Shown in pieces: positions 9,636 through 18,991 of a DNA stretch of 64,000 nucleotides. The notes below the pieces were generated by a model that ran no database searches, was not told where the DNA came from, and saw only the letters and a list, made by a program, of their open reading frames with translations. The translations under genes and the position numbers were made by a program. Source of the stretch: an uncultured Candidatus Saccharibacteria bacterium. Lineage in GTDB: Bacteria; Patescibacteriota; Dojkabacteria; SC72. The number at the start of each line of letters is the position of its first letter. The first letter of the stretch is position 1. The DNA is taken from positions 45,599 through 109,598 of the forward strand of contig CAZSUV010000001.1 in the NCBI GenBank assembly GCA_964610125.1. Direction: 5' to 3'.

Positions 9636-10513
9636 ATACTAAATGTTGTTCCTGTTTGTGTTGGTGTAGTTGTATCTGTAGTTGGAGCTTGATTGAAGTC
9701 AGGCATTGGAGTTTCAGCGGTGGCTGCTACTGGTGAAGGTGTTTCCATCATTGGTGTTGCCATTGGTGGTACTTCTGCTACTTGATTATTTACAAACTGT
9801 TGTAAGTCTGGCATGACAGGAGCCACTTCTGGAGCGGATGTATTGAATGATGGAAATGCAGGTGCTTCTACAGGCGCATTAAATTGTGTATCCATTGCTG
9901 GAGTAGCAGGAGCTTCAGCAACTTCAGGCATAGGTGTTGGAGTAAATGTTGGAGCTGGAGTTTCAACAGGTGTTTTAGTTGGAACTTGTTCCATAACATG
10001 GTCGGTGACAGGACCCATTGGAGATGCTGATGCTTCGCCTTGTAATATTGCTTGTAGATCAGACGACTGTGTTTCCTCAGTAACAGGAGTCTCTGAAGGA
10101 GTAGATTCAGGTTGTGTCATAGGCATTTCTTCAACAGGAGTTGGTGTCGATTCCATTGTTTCTTGAATAGTTGGTTTGGTTTCCGCAGGTGCATACAAAT
10201 TACTAGAAATATTATCCATATTTACTGGTTGTACAGAAGTTTCAACCTCAGGTGCAAATACTGTAGGAGGAGTATTCTCAACGACTGGTGTTGTAGGAGC
10301 AACTTCTGATGTCTCTTCTCCTTTTTCTTTTCTTTTACTTAGTAAGATTCCAACGATACTGATTAAAAGTATTACTGCTCCACCGATTAATATGTATGGT
10401 AAATATGTCATCAACTGTGTTTGAAGCGTAGAAGTATCTGCTGCAAATACCTGTGAAGGATATATTATCAAAGCAATCAAGGTTATTCCGGTTAAAAAGG
10501 ATTTTTTCATCAA
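9632..10513 (-). CDS. bitopic membrane protein with long Pro/Thr/Glu-rich low-complexity tail
   Basis: Signal peptide (cleavage ...VFA/AD) and a TM helix (YILIGGAVILLISIVGILL) followed by KRKEKGEE and a ~220-aa PT-rich tail. Tail motif APTTPVVENTPPT is shared with the 33687-35852 protein. Confidence 0.6.
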   Translation of the reverse strand: MMKKSFLTGITLIALIIYPSQVFAADTSTLQTQLMTYLPYILIGGAVILLISIVGILLSKRKEKGEETSEVAPTTPVVENTPPTVFAPEVETSVQPVNMDNISSNLYAPAETKPTIQETMESTPTPVEEMPMTQPESTPSETPVTEETQSSDLQAILQGEASASPMGPVTDHVMEQVPTKTPVETPAPTFTPTPMPEVAEAPATPAMDTQFNAPVEAPAFPSFNTSAPEVAPVMPDLQQFVNNQVAEVPPMATPMMETPSPVAATAETPMPDFNQAPTTDTTTPTQTGTTFSI

Positions 10514-10654
10514 TTGGACAGTTTAATTTTATACATATTAAGGCTATCATTCTAATCAATCTATTTCAAGGCTTTTTAAATATATTTTTAATACAAATAT
10601 TTGACTTGCCAGGGTTGGGAATATACACTCTAATGTAATATTTAACTGCTCAAT

Positions 10655-11848
10655 ATGGACTATATTAATTCGGGTGTACAACAAAATAGCAATGTGACAG
10701 ATGATTCCATAACGGAGGTTTTAACATTAAAAAATACCCTTGTTAATTCAAACACACCTTTAGAACTTAAAAATGAAGCTTTAACGAATATTGAAAGACT
10801 TGAAAGAATTGCTAGAAAGGGTGTGTATAGCGCAGAATTTGAAAATGTAAGTAAGTATATACAGTGGATTACACGTATTCCTTGGAATACAGTTTCTCAG
10901 GATAATTTTGATTTGAAGCATGCGAAAGAGTTAATGGATTCAACTCATTATGGTATGGATCCTGTTAAAAATGTGATTTTGGATTACATAGCATCTATGC
11001 AATTAGAGGCAACACAAGAACGAAACATGACAGCTCCTGTTGAACCACAGATTCAATCTTTAGGAAGCACTGATGGTAGGCCATCAACCAATATTCAGGC
11101 AGGTATGCCAAAATCTATAAAGGCACCAGTTTTTCTTTTTGTCGGTTTACAAGGTGTTGGAAAAACATCTATTGCACAATCAATTGCTGATGCAATGGGA
11201 AGAAAATTTGTAAGAATATCATTAGGTGCGATAGGGGATGTTAGAACATTAAGAGGGACCCCAAGATATGCACTTGATCCAGAACCGGGGCAGATTATTA
11301 AAGCATTAGTTCGTAGTGGAACAATGAACCCAGTTATACTGTTGGACGAGATTGAAAAAGCTAGCGGTAACAATGGTTTGCTGAATGATGTTATGGCAGC
11401 CTTACTAGAAATATTAGACCCGGAACAGAATCACGCATTCTTAGACCACTATATTGATTATCCAGTTGATCTGTCTAAAGCATTTTTCATCTGTACAGCA
11501 AACAATCTTGGAGGACTGTCTGCAGCACTTCTTGATCGTGTTGAGGTTATCCGGTTTACTAGTTACTCAGATGAAGAAAAGTCCGTTATTGCTAAGAAAT
11601 ACATATTGCCAAGGGTATTGAGTAGCCTGAATCTTTCGGAAGAATTCATCAAGATTGATGAAAATGCATGGCCAATGATTATACGTCCAGTTGGTTTTGA
11701 TGCTGGTATTCGACAGTTAGAGAGAAATATTGCAGGAATAGTTAGGGCCGCGGCTAGAAGAATAGTTGAGGGAACTCCAATTCCAATTATTATAACTGTT
11801 GAGAATCTCAATCAATATCTTCCACCTGATCAAGGACCTTTGAGTTAG
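10655..11848 (+). CDS. Lon-family AAA+ ATPase module lacking the S16 protease domain (truncated Lon or standalone Lon-like ATPase)
   Basis: Lon-specific motifs: YIQWITRIPW, DLKHAKELMDSTHYGMDPVKNVILDYIAS, Walker A GLQGVGKTS, Walker B NPVILLDEIEKAS, LLEILDPEQNHAF, sensor-2 AGIRQLERNIAGIVR. The ORF stops right after ...ITVENLNQYL, where the Lon protease domain would start. Confidence 0.75.
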   Translation: MDYINSGVQQNSNVTDDSITEVLTLKNTLVNSNTPLELKNEALTNIERLERIARKGVYSAEFENVSKYIQWITRIPWNTVSQDNFDLKHAKELMDSTHYGMDPVKNVILDYIASMQLEATQERNMTAPVEPQIQSLGSTDGRPSTNIQAGMPKSIKAPVFLFVGLQGVGKTSIAQSIADAMGRKFVRISLGAIGDVRTLRGTPRYALDPEPGQIIKALVRSGTMNPVILLDEIEKASGNNGLLNDVMAALLEILDPEQNHAFLDHYIDYPVDLSKAFFICTANNLGGLSAALLDRVEVIRFTSYSDEEKSVIAKKYILPRVLSSLNLSEEFIKIDENAWPMIIRPVGFDAGIRQLERNIAGIVRAAARRIVEGTPIPIIITVENLNQYLPPDQGPLS

Positions 11849-11857
11849 TATTACTTG

Positions 11858-12100
11858 CTAGTATCCCTTAAATGGGTTGGATAATCTCAATGCGTTCATA
11901 GCTATCGATACTTGTGGGTTATTGATACCCTTAATTGCACTTACCTTATACTCTGATCTTTTCTCTGCTTTTTCTAATTTTTCTAGATCTGAGGTAATTT
12001 TCTGTTGTGGTATTGACGCAGTGGATACAGCCTTCGTAACCAAGTAGTTGGACTCCGGCAACATATTCAAATTGTTCAGACTATTGTTGTTTTGGTCCAT
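11858..12100 (-). CDS. small hypothetical protein (80 aa) at the 3' end of the VirB4 operon
   Basis: ORF overlaps the VirB4 stop by 20 nt. No motif recognised. Confidence 0.3.
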   Translation of the reverse strand: MDQNNNSLNNLNMLPESNYLVTKAVSTASIPQQKITSDLEKLEKAEKRSEYKVSAIKGINNPQVSIAMNALRLSNPFKGY

Positions 12101-14507
12101 TGTTAATATAGCTAGAAACTGGTCCCTGTGGGGTTATGTGTGTCCTACCTTTTTGTATATCTTCTCTAGATTGCACCACTTGACCAGAAATTGTATTTTG
12201 TTTTAGTTCGTCTAAAAAAGTTTGCTGACTTTTCTGCTTTTGTGGATTCAAATCTAGTTCTTGTTGTCTTAATCTTTCTTCTAACTCTTTTTGGTATTGT
12301 CTTCTTTCATCCTCTATCTGTATTCTTTCTTCTTTTCGTTTATCAATTGCTTGCATAATTACCTGCTGTTGTCTGTTCATAGCGGATACGTTATTCATAG
12401 TTTGTTGGTCTGCAGGCTGTTCAAATATCTGTGCCATTTCTTCCATTGTTCGAGTATCTGTCATCCCTGCCATAGCTTTCTTCTTTTCTAAATCTCTAGG
12501 ATCTGAGGTTATGAGTTCATGCTCTGCCTGGCTTGATATTACCTGTATACCTACATGATTTGCACCGGCAAAGAAGAGGCCTTGTCCACGATCGCAACTT
12601 AGTAAGAAGTTTCTTTCTCCATCAGAGAGATTAAAGACGGTTTGTAATTTCTCAACGGAAGAAGGACTTTGTTTCATCAATATTTGCATTGAAGAGTTTG
12701 AGATTATGGCTTTTCCCATATCATTTGTAAGGAAATCTGCTACATCTTGAGTAATGGTTGAAAGCCCAAGGTAATATTTTCTCGCTCGCTTTGCGATGGA
12801 GTACATGAAGTTTGCAGAGTCCTGGCTTTGCATCATGTACCAAGCTTCATCAACGATGAGTAATCGTTTTCGTTTGTCTTTTCTAATCTTGGTCCAGATG
12901 AAATCAAGCATTAAGTACATAGCTAGAGGTTTTAGTTCTTCCTGTAAGTCTCTAATACTGAATACTGTGAATGGATTTTGTATCTCAAAATTACTTTCTT
13001 CATTGAATATTCCAGCAGCACTACCCATGATATATTTTTCCATTCTTCTGGCTAAATCATGAGCTTCATTCTCTGCCATACCTTTTAGTACTTTGTACAA
13101 ATCTTCGAGTAGAGGAGGCTTCTTAGTCTGGGTTGTAGGATCAAAAGTTATTCCTTTTTCTCGGTATGTAAGGATTAATGCTTTGTCCAATATTGATTCT
13201 TCCACATTAGTTAATCCTCCAAAAATGATCTTAAAGAATCCGTGAAGAGTTAGAAGTTTCATTCTTAATTCATCGTCTCCTTCTTCGGTTACTCCTGAGA
13301 GCTCAAATGGATTCATCTTGTTGCCTTTGTCTTGTGAGAAGGAAATGTAAGAACCATTTACAGCCTTTGAAAGTTCTTCGTATTCTCTTTCTGGATCTAT
13401 GATTATGACCTCTGTTCCAAGCATTAGACTTCTAACAGCTTCAAGCTTCACGAAGTAGCTTTTTCCTGCACCTGATTTTGCAAATACTACAGTGTTAGCA
13501 TTTTCTAATTGGAATCTATCAAAGATAACTAAACTCTTGTTATGCATATTTATTCCGTACATAATTCCCTTGTCCATTGTTAATTCTGAGGTTACAAATG
13601 GGAAGGTGGTAGCAAGGGATGTGGTATCCATATTTCGAGTGAAATACAGTTTGTCCAAGCCCAACGGTTGTGTACTTATGAATCCAGGCTCTTGCTGTAA
13701 TGTTGCTGGTTTTGCAGTTACATTCATAGCTGCAAATGTAGAGATGATGTTCTTAGAATATCTCTCGAGGAGAGCTTTGTTAGGGGCATAGATGGTTAAA
13801 TACATTCCAAAGTGGAAGTATTTCTCAGAGCCTTCTGCAATTGAATCTTGTAACTGTTGAGCATCAGATAGAGCTACTTTTAATGTAGGATCTACTACTT
13901 TTCTATCTTCCATCTGGGAGTAGAGTGTAGCTTCCATTTCACCGATTTTTCGCTTTAACTTTTCCAAAATATCCTTTGATTCAACAGGATAGTAGAAAGT
14001 GCTAATTCTAAGCGAATGCTCAAAGTTTACGATTGGTGAAAGCCAGTTAGGTCCTACAATACGTGGATAGCCTGTGACTTTGAAGGTACGGAAGAAATAG
14101 TCTCCCATTTGAAGATTGTTGAAATCTATCTCCATATCTATTGGTGCGACAATATCTTTTATGGACATATCTTTGTCCAACATGGTTATTTCATCTTCTT
14201 CGACAGGAGTACTATCTTCGGGCTCTTCTTTGACAGGTTTTCCACTAACTTTGGCAGAAACCTGATCAAGCAGTTTGAAAAGTATATTCTTTTTTTTCTT
14301 GGGTTTGATATCCTCATCTGTATCTACAGGATCATTAAATCTATCCTTTTTCTCAAGTTCGTCTTTCTTTGCAATTTCTTTCTGCAAATCTTGTTTAAAG
14401 TTTGCATATTTCTCCCCAACTGATTGAAGCTTCTCCTGTTGAGCTTGAAGCTCTTGAGTAGTTTTGTTCTCAAATGTTCGATTGTAGTTATTTATTTCCT
14501 CAGACAT
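12081..14507 (-). CDS. VirB4/TraC/ConE-like type IV secretion ATPase with Q/E-rich C-terminal extension
   Basis: N-domain motif FFRTFKVTGYPRIVGPNWL, Walker A FAKSGAGKSY, Walker B RLLIVDEAWYMM. The charged N-terminus is coiled-coil-like; the C-terminal ~170 aa are Q/E/R-rich. Confidence 0.8.
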   Translation of the reverse strand: MSEEINNYNRTFENKTTQELQAQQEKLQSVGEKYANFKQDLQKEIAKKDELEKKDRFNDPVDTDEDIKPKKKKNILFKLLDQVSAKVSGKPVKEEPEDSTPVEEDEITMLDKDMSIKDIVAPIDMEIDFNNLQMGDYFFRTFKVTGYPRIVGPNWLSPIVNFEHSLRISTFYYPVESKDILEKLKRKIGEMEATLYSQMEDRKVVDPTLKVALSDAQQLQDSIAEGSEKYFHFGMYLTIYAPNKALLERYSKNIISTFAAMNVTAKPATLQQEPGFISTQPLGLDKLYFTRNMDTTSLATTFPFVTSELTMDKGIMYGINMHNKSLVIFDRFQLENANTVVFAKSGAGKSYFVKLEAVRSLMLGTEVIIIDPEREYEELSKAVNGSYISFSQDKGNKMNPFELSGVTEEGDDELRMKLLTLHGFFKIIFGGLTNVEESILDKALILTYREKGITFDPTTQTKKPPLLEDLYKVLKGMAENEAHDLARRMEKYIMGSAAGIFNEESNFEIQNPFTVFSIRDLQEELKPLAMYLMLDFIWTKIRKDKRKRLLIVDEAWYMMQSQDSANFMYSIAKRARKYYLGLSTITQDVADFLTNDMGKAIISNSSMQILMKQSPSSVEKLQTVFNLSDGERNFLLSCDRGQGLFFAGANHVGIQVISSQAEHELITSDPRDLEKKKAMAGMTDTRTMEEMAQIFEQPADQQTMNNVSAMNRQQQVIMQAIDKRKEERIQIEDERRQYQKELEERLRQQELDLNPQKQKSQQTFLDELKQNTISGQVVQSREDIQKGRTHITPQGPVSSYINNGPKQQ

Positions 14508-15144
14508 TTTCTTCTTCTTCTGGATTATATATTGTGTAAAATTCGGAGAGTAACTCAGTATTGTTCAATTGATGCCCAACTAATCCCATACGAGAGAGTT
14601 GCTTAAGAATTTGATCTCTCTTAGGATACAGGAATATCTTAGCCTTTTCTAATAGCTGATCTATAGCCATCTGTCTGTATTTCTCTTCATCTTCATTCTT
14701 TTTCTTGTTACCGAGTAATCCAATTTCTGGTAAAGAGAGTCCTGGACTGTAAGGTATTACAACAAAGAAGTTTTTGTCCAAAACATCATTTTGTACGATT
14801 AGGTTTTGTACAAACTGGGTATATATTTCTAACTGTTTTTTCAACCCTTCACTCATCTGTCTTTCTTTTTGAGATTTGAGGTAATCAACATAGCTTGTGA
14901 TATCTATTCTTTTAGTTCTGATTAATATTTGGATGGGGAAGTTTAGTGCATTAAGTAATCCAGCAAATGCATAGATCTTGTTGTCTTGTTCATATTCTGC
15001 GAGAAGGTCGAAGTTGATAGCGGAGGTTTGGATTACCATTGCTACACTGCCACTCTTGGTTATGACTAAGTCCTCTCGTATATCTCGGACTTCTAATTCA
15101 TCTTGTGTTGAAGCTATTGCTCTAGCTCTTGTATTTTTATCCAC
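14500..15144 (-). CDS. hypothetical cytoplasmic protein translationally coupled to VirB4 (8-nt overlap)
   Basis: ORF only. Position between the VirB3-like and VirB4-like genes. Confidence 0.45.
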   Translation of the reverse strand: MDKNTRARAIASTQDELEVRDIREDLVITKSGSVAMVIQTSAINFDLLAEYEQDNKIYAFAGLLNALNFPIQILIRTKRIDITSYVDYLKSQKERQMSEGLKKQLEIYTQFVQNLIVQNDVLDKNFFVVIPYSPGLSLPEIGLLGNKKKNEDEEKYRQMAIDQLLEKAKIFLYPKRDQILKQLSRMGLVGHQLNNTELLSEFYTIYNPEEEENV

Positions 15145-15145
15145 G

Positions 15146-15946
15146 TTATATTGTTTTAATCTTAATAGGTAGCTTGTTACTTTCGTCTGTGAGTAGTAAA
15201 TCTACCTTAGGGAACTTGTATTGTGGGTGTATGAATTCTAAGGTATATCTTCCTTTGGTCCACATTCTGTTGGTTAAGAAATATCCACTTGCTCCGGTTC
15301 GGTTAGCATACAATATTTTTCCATCTTCCCCCTTCATATATGTTATGACATTTGGTACGGATACCATATCTCCAGTATACAACCATATGTTAATATTCCC
15401 AGGTAATTTTTCTAAGTTTTGGATTGTAAATTCATAGTTCTTTCGGTTTTCTTCTGAGATGATTAATCTGTCTTGTACGATTGGAGTTGGTATGGCCTGA
15501 GGAATATTCTCTACAGGAATCTCTTCATTTGTTGTTTGCAAAAGGTTGCCACCGATAATGGGGCTTGTTTTTTCCTTGAAGCTTTTTTGTACTAACTTGC
15601 CATCTGCAGATGGTTTTAATTCTGGCTTTGTTCTTGCTTGTTGCATTTCACTGTTCATCCATACTCTTTGTGTTGGTGCGGTTATTGCTCCTATATAGTT
15701 CTTTATGAACACATCTGCGTCTTGCTCATTGATAGGGACTAAGCCTAAAAAGATCCCAGCACCAGAAGTGAGGATACATATTGGGATTCCAACTAATCCT
15801 GGGATCGTTTTAGCTACAACGAGATATATCATTAACCCGCCGAATCCCAACCCGATAGCAAGATAGGCGAATTCTTTCAGAGTAAACTTTGAAAAGAGTT
15901 TGAACTCTACATCTAATATATTTTGCGGTATCGGATGTTGTCTCAT
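15146..15946 (-). CDS. VirB3/ConD-like membrane protein (two N-terminal TM helices plus ~190-aa C-terminal domain)
   Basis: TM hairpin YLAIGLGFGGLMIYLVV...GIPICILTSGAGIFLGLV. Sits immediately upstream of the VirB4-like operon genes; stop and next start are 1 nt apart. Confidence 0.45.
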   Translation of the reverse strand: MRQHPIPQNILDVEFKLFSKFTLKEFAYLAIGLGFGGLMIYLVVAKTIPGLVGIPICILTSGAGIFLGLVPINEQDADVFIKNYIGAITAPTQRVWMNSEMQQARTKPELKPSADGKLVQKSFKEKTSPIIGGNLLQTTNEEIPVENIPQAIPTPIVQDRLIISEENRKNYEFTIQNLEKLPGNINIWLYTGDMVSVPNVITYMKGEDGKILYANRTGASGYFLTNRMWTKGRYTLEFIHPQYKFPKVDLLLTDESNKLPIKIKTI

Positions 15947-16023
15947 ATATGGCAGATTTTACAATATTTCTTACTAAGAGTTTAGCAGAATATTGATAAT
16001 ATTTTTAGATGGTATAATGAATT

Positions 16024-16794
16024 ATGTATATACCTAAGAAAGTGGTTATGGATCTTACAAAATTTAGAGCATTAATGGGTTGTAATCTAACAGAGGAGAA
16101 AGCTAGGTATATTTGGGGTAAGAATTCTGTTAAGAATTCAGATATTTCTTTTGGAAAAGAACAATCAAATGAGTATGTAAATTCAAAGGTTGAGCTTGCT
16201 CAGAGGAATGTAAAATATTTACAGGTTGGGAACTTGGTTAAGTTCATTGGTGTTTCTGGTTCTGTAGCTGCGGGTTTTGCTAAGGAAGAGGATGATATTG
16301 ATGTTTTTGTGGTGGTTAGAAATGATACGGCATGGATATACAGGGCATTGTTGGTATTTAAGAATATTTTTCATCACAGGATTAGGACTAAGTGGGATGG
16401 GGAGAGGGTGAAGGATAAATTTTGTTTAAATTTGATATGTGAGGAGAGGGATGTGGTGTTTGAGGATGATATGTTTAACTTTCATGAATTAATGTATTTG
16501 GTTCCAATATTTAATGAAAGATATTTGAACTTTGTATATTCTCAGAATGTTTGGTTAAGAGAAATATATGGGGTTAAGGGGGAGTTGATGGTGAATAGGG
16601 TGAGTGTGAGTAAGAAAAAGAATTTGTTTTTTAAAGTTTTAAATTTCAAAGCTTTTTGTTTGCAATTAGTGTTTATGATTTTGTCTAAACATAGTCCGGA
16701 GATTCCTAGATTAAAAGAAAATTTTAAGAGAGGAAGGATTGAATTTTTTCCTAGGGATTACAAGGAGAAGAGGATGGAAGATTACTTAAAGTAA
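16024..16794 (+). CDS. polymerase-beta-superfamily nucleotidyltransferase
   Basis: GVSGSVAAGFAKEEDDIDVFVVV matches the hG[GS]x9-13[DE]h[DE]h NTase motif. The coding strand is extremely C-poor. Confidence 0.6.
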   Translation: MYIPKKVVMDLTKFRALMGCNLTEEKARYIWGKNSVKNSDISFGKEQSNEYVNSKVELAQRNVKYLQVGNLVKFIGVSGSVAAGFAKEEDDIDVFVVVRNDTAWIYRALLVFKNIFHHRIRTKWDGERVKDKFCLNLICEERDVVFEDDMFNFHELMYLVPIFNERYLNFVYSQNVWLREIYGVKGELMVNRVSVSKKKNLFFKVLNFKAFCLQLVFMILSKHSPEIPRLKENFKRGRIEFFPRDYKEKRMEDYLK

Positions 16795-16814
16795 TTTCAA
16801 TGTTATTATAAATC

Positions 16815-17603
16815 ATGGAACCTAGATCAGAAATTTTTTCTGTAGATAATAATGATTTACACTATTACGTTCGTGGAAATGGAAAATTTCCAGTTATAGT
16901 TATGCACGGCCTTGGCTCAAGTGGCCGTTCATTTTACAAAGGAGTAGATATTAGTCTTCCTGATACTACAACGTATTATATTGATCTTCCTGGGCATGGG
17001 GATAGTTTTAATTTGGTACTTAAGCAGCCAGAAAAGTGGGTAAGTTTTATTACGGATTTTTGTAAGAGTTTGAATTCTAAGAAAATAGCTATTGTAGGTT
17101 TTTCACTTGGAGGAGAAATTGGATTGCTGGTTGCTGAAAGATTAGTACAAGAAAACTATGATTGTTCCTTGTTTGTATGGAGTACTTCCCATAAATTAAA
17201 TCACAAAGATTCAGTGCCATTAATTGCTGAATTGGGTATGTCGCTTTGGAAATTGCTAAATGTGATTTTAAGAAGTGCCTTTGTAAGAAAATTACTGTCA
17301 TTCTTTGGTATTAAGTTAGCGGGGCAGGATTGGAATGATGTAGTCAGTACAAATCCATATGCATTTCGTTTTGCAAAGAAACTGTTTAAAAGAGACATGA
17401 CTGATATTGATAAAAGGATAAGATTTAAATATATATATGGAGATCATGATGCATTTGTTGATTACAAGAAAGTTGTTCCTGAGATTGAGAAAGTTCGTCC
17501 TGAGTCTAGTATATATATTTCTGGATGTCAGCATTTTGGTAATGAGGTAGGGTGGAAGAATGCTGTTGAGTATTTGAAAGAAGAAATAAGTTTAATCAAT
17601 TAA
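16815..17603 (+). CDS. alpha/beta-fold hydrolase
   Basis: VMHGLGSS oxyanion region and nucleophile elbow GFSLGG; 262 aa. Same C-depleted composition as the upstream NTase. Confidence 0.7.
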   Translation: MEPRSEIFSVDNNDLHYYVRGNGKFPVIVMHGLGSSGRSFYKGVDISLPDTTTYYIDLPGHGDSFNLVLKQPEKWVSFITDFCKSLNSKKIAIVGFSLGGEIGLLVAERLVQENYDCSLFVWSTSHKLNHKDSVPLIAELGMSLWKLLNVILRSAFVRKLLSFFGIKLAGQDWNDVVSTNPYAFRFAKKLFKRDMTDIDKRIRFKYIYGDHDAFVDYKKVVPEIEKVRPESSIYISGCQHFGNEVGWKNAVEYLKEEISLIN

Positions 17604-17609
17604 ATATCT

Positions 17610-17936
17610 ATGATCGATTATATGAATAACTATATGGAATATATAAAAACCATATTGAAGAAAGAAAATATAAATGAATCTATTAAAAAAGATCTCATAG
17701 AACATATACAATTTATGCAACATGAAAGACTAATACATCTATTAGTTACTATGTTATTTGCATCATTATTAATGTTTGGATTTATTATTATGCTTATATA
17801 TTTCTCTTGGATATTAGTAGTATTTACAGCATTAATATTTATTGTAGAAATATTCTATATATTCCATTACTACAAACTAGAGAATGGAGTACAGAAGATG
17901 TATAGGTTGTATGATGAATTAACTAAGAAAAAATAA
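17610..17936 (+). CDS. small membrane protein (2 TM)
   Basis: Hydrophobic segments LLVTMLFASLLMFGFIIMLIYF and WILVVFTALIFIVEIFYIF. Confidence 0.4.
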   Translation: MIDYMNNYMEYIKTILKKENINESIKKDLIEHIQFMQHERLIHLLVTMLFASLLMFGFIIMLIYFSWILVVFTALIFIVEIFYIFHYYKLENGVQKMYRLYDELTKKK

Positions 17937-17938
17937 AA

Positions 17939-18988
17939 ATGCCAAACGATTTACCAGGAGAAAACAACGATCAATCTGATGTAAGAGATAGTAGATTCTC
18001 TTCATTATCCAATGCCGCTTTAGGCTATGCAATTGGTCTTGAATATGAAGGCTCGATGAATATAGATTATGAATCTTTCTTAATAGATAAAGTTGTGTCT
18101 TTGGGAGATCTGGACGAAGAAACGGTACAGAATCTTAAACTGTCTTCCAATACCACATTCACGGATCCCTCTGAAAATGTATATTCAGAAAAATTAGCTC
18201 ACTATGTTGAAGCTTTTTGGAGTAATTTAGATGAAAAAGAAAAGATTATTTTAGATGAAGACTTGAAAGAACCTGACAATTTAAATTTAAGAATTGAAGA
18301 GTTCAAAGAATCAGAATTCTCCGAGCAGCTTTTTGAAAGTGAAGAAGGAATGAATAAATTTGTAGGAGTAATTGGGAATAATCTAAAAAAAGCTTTGCTA
18401 GTATCTTTGTTAACTGGGAAGGAATGTAAATACGAGATATACAAGGACAACACAGGAAGATATCTTTGTGATTCTTTTCCTAGAATAGGAAATTACGAAG
18501 CAGTTTCACCAAATATAGATAGAGAATTACACAGTGTTTGTATGATTCATACACATCCAACATTGACGGATTATGACTCTGTAGGAAAGAAATTCCTTAT
18601 GGTGGATGGCTTCTCTTATAATCCAGCATCAGAGGGGGACTTAAGGGCAGATGATAGAAGTGATTGGGTTGGTTTTCTTGCATCCCCTGGGCACAGAGCA
18701 ATTGTGGAGGGTGTAATCTCTAGTAATGAACATTTAACTTTATTAAAGTTTAATCCATTGGATGTGGATTCAATTGTTACGAGGGCTAATTATAGAGGAA
18801 TAAGTATTTATCCTGAAGATATAGAATTTTTAAATCAGGAAGGAGTTTATACTAGCATTGTTGCAAGGAGTATCCTTAGGAAGATAACAAATAATAGTTA
18901 TTCCGAAGACATAGACAAAAGGTTATCAAGTTTTTTTGGTTATAATCTATATAAAGGAAATATTGAGAAGGTTGAAAGAGCTATATAG
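17939..18988 (+). CDS. hypothetical protein with possible divergent JAB/MPN-like metal-binding motif
   Basis: CMIHTHPTLTDYDS followed by ...NPASEGDL (HxH...SxxD), but the spacing is non-canonical. Confidence 0.35.
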   Translation: MPNDLPGENNDQSDVRDSRFSSLSNAALGYAIGLEYEGSMNIDYESFLIDKVVSLGDLDEETVQNLKLSSNTTFTDPSENVYSEKLAHYVEAFWSNLDEKEKIILDEDLKEPDNLNLRIEEFKESEFSEQLFESEEGMNKFVGVIGNNLKKALLVSLLTGKECKYEIYKDNTGRYLCDSFPRIGNYEAVSPNIDRELHSVCMIHTHPTLTDYDSVGKKFLMVDGFSYNPASEGDLRADDRSDWVGFLASPGHRAIVEGVISSNEHLTLLKFNPLDVDSIVTRANYRGISIYPEDIEFLNQEGVYTSIVARSILRKITNNSYSEDIDKRLSSFFGYNLYKGNIEKVERAI

Positions 18989-18991
18989 AGT

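Noticed and set aside
9813-10424. Gly/Ala/Ser/Val-rich plus-strand ORFs (117, 65 and 82 aa)
   Set aside because: These are antisense translations of the Pro/Thr-rich tail of the 9632-10513 gene (complement of CCN/ACN codons gives GGN/GTN). The same artifact appears at 33694-34154 for the other PT-rich tail.
15991-16026. Extended -10 promoter (TGGTATAAT) only 5 nt upstream of the annotated ATG of the NTase gene, implying a leaderless mRNA
   Set aside because: Plausible but unverifiable; the true start may be the downstream ATG at 16048. Reported here only as a note.
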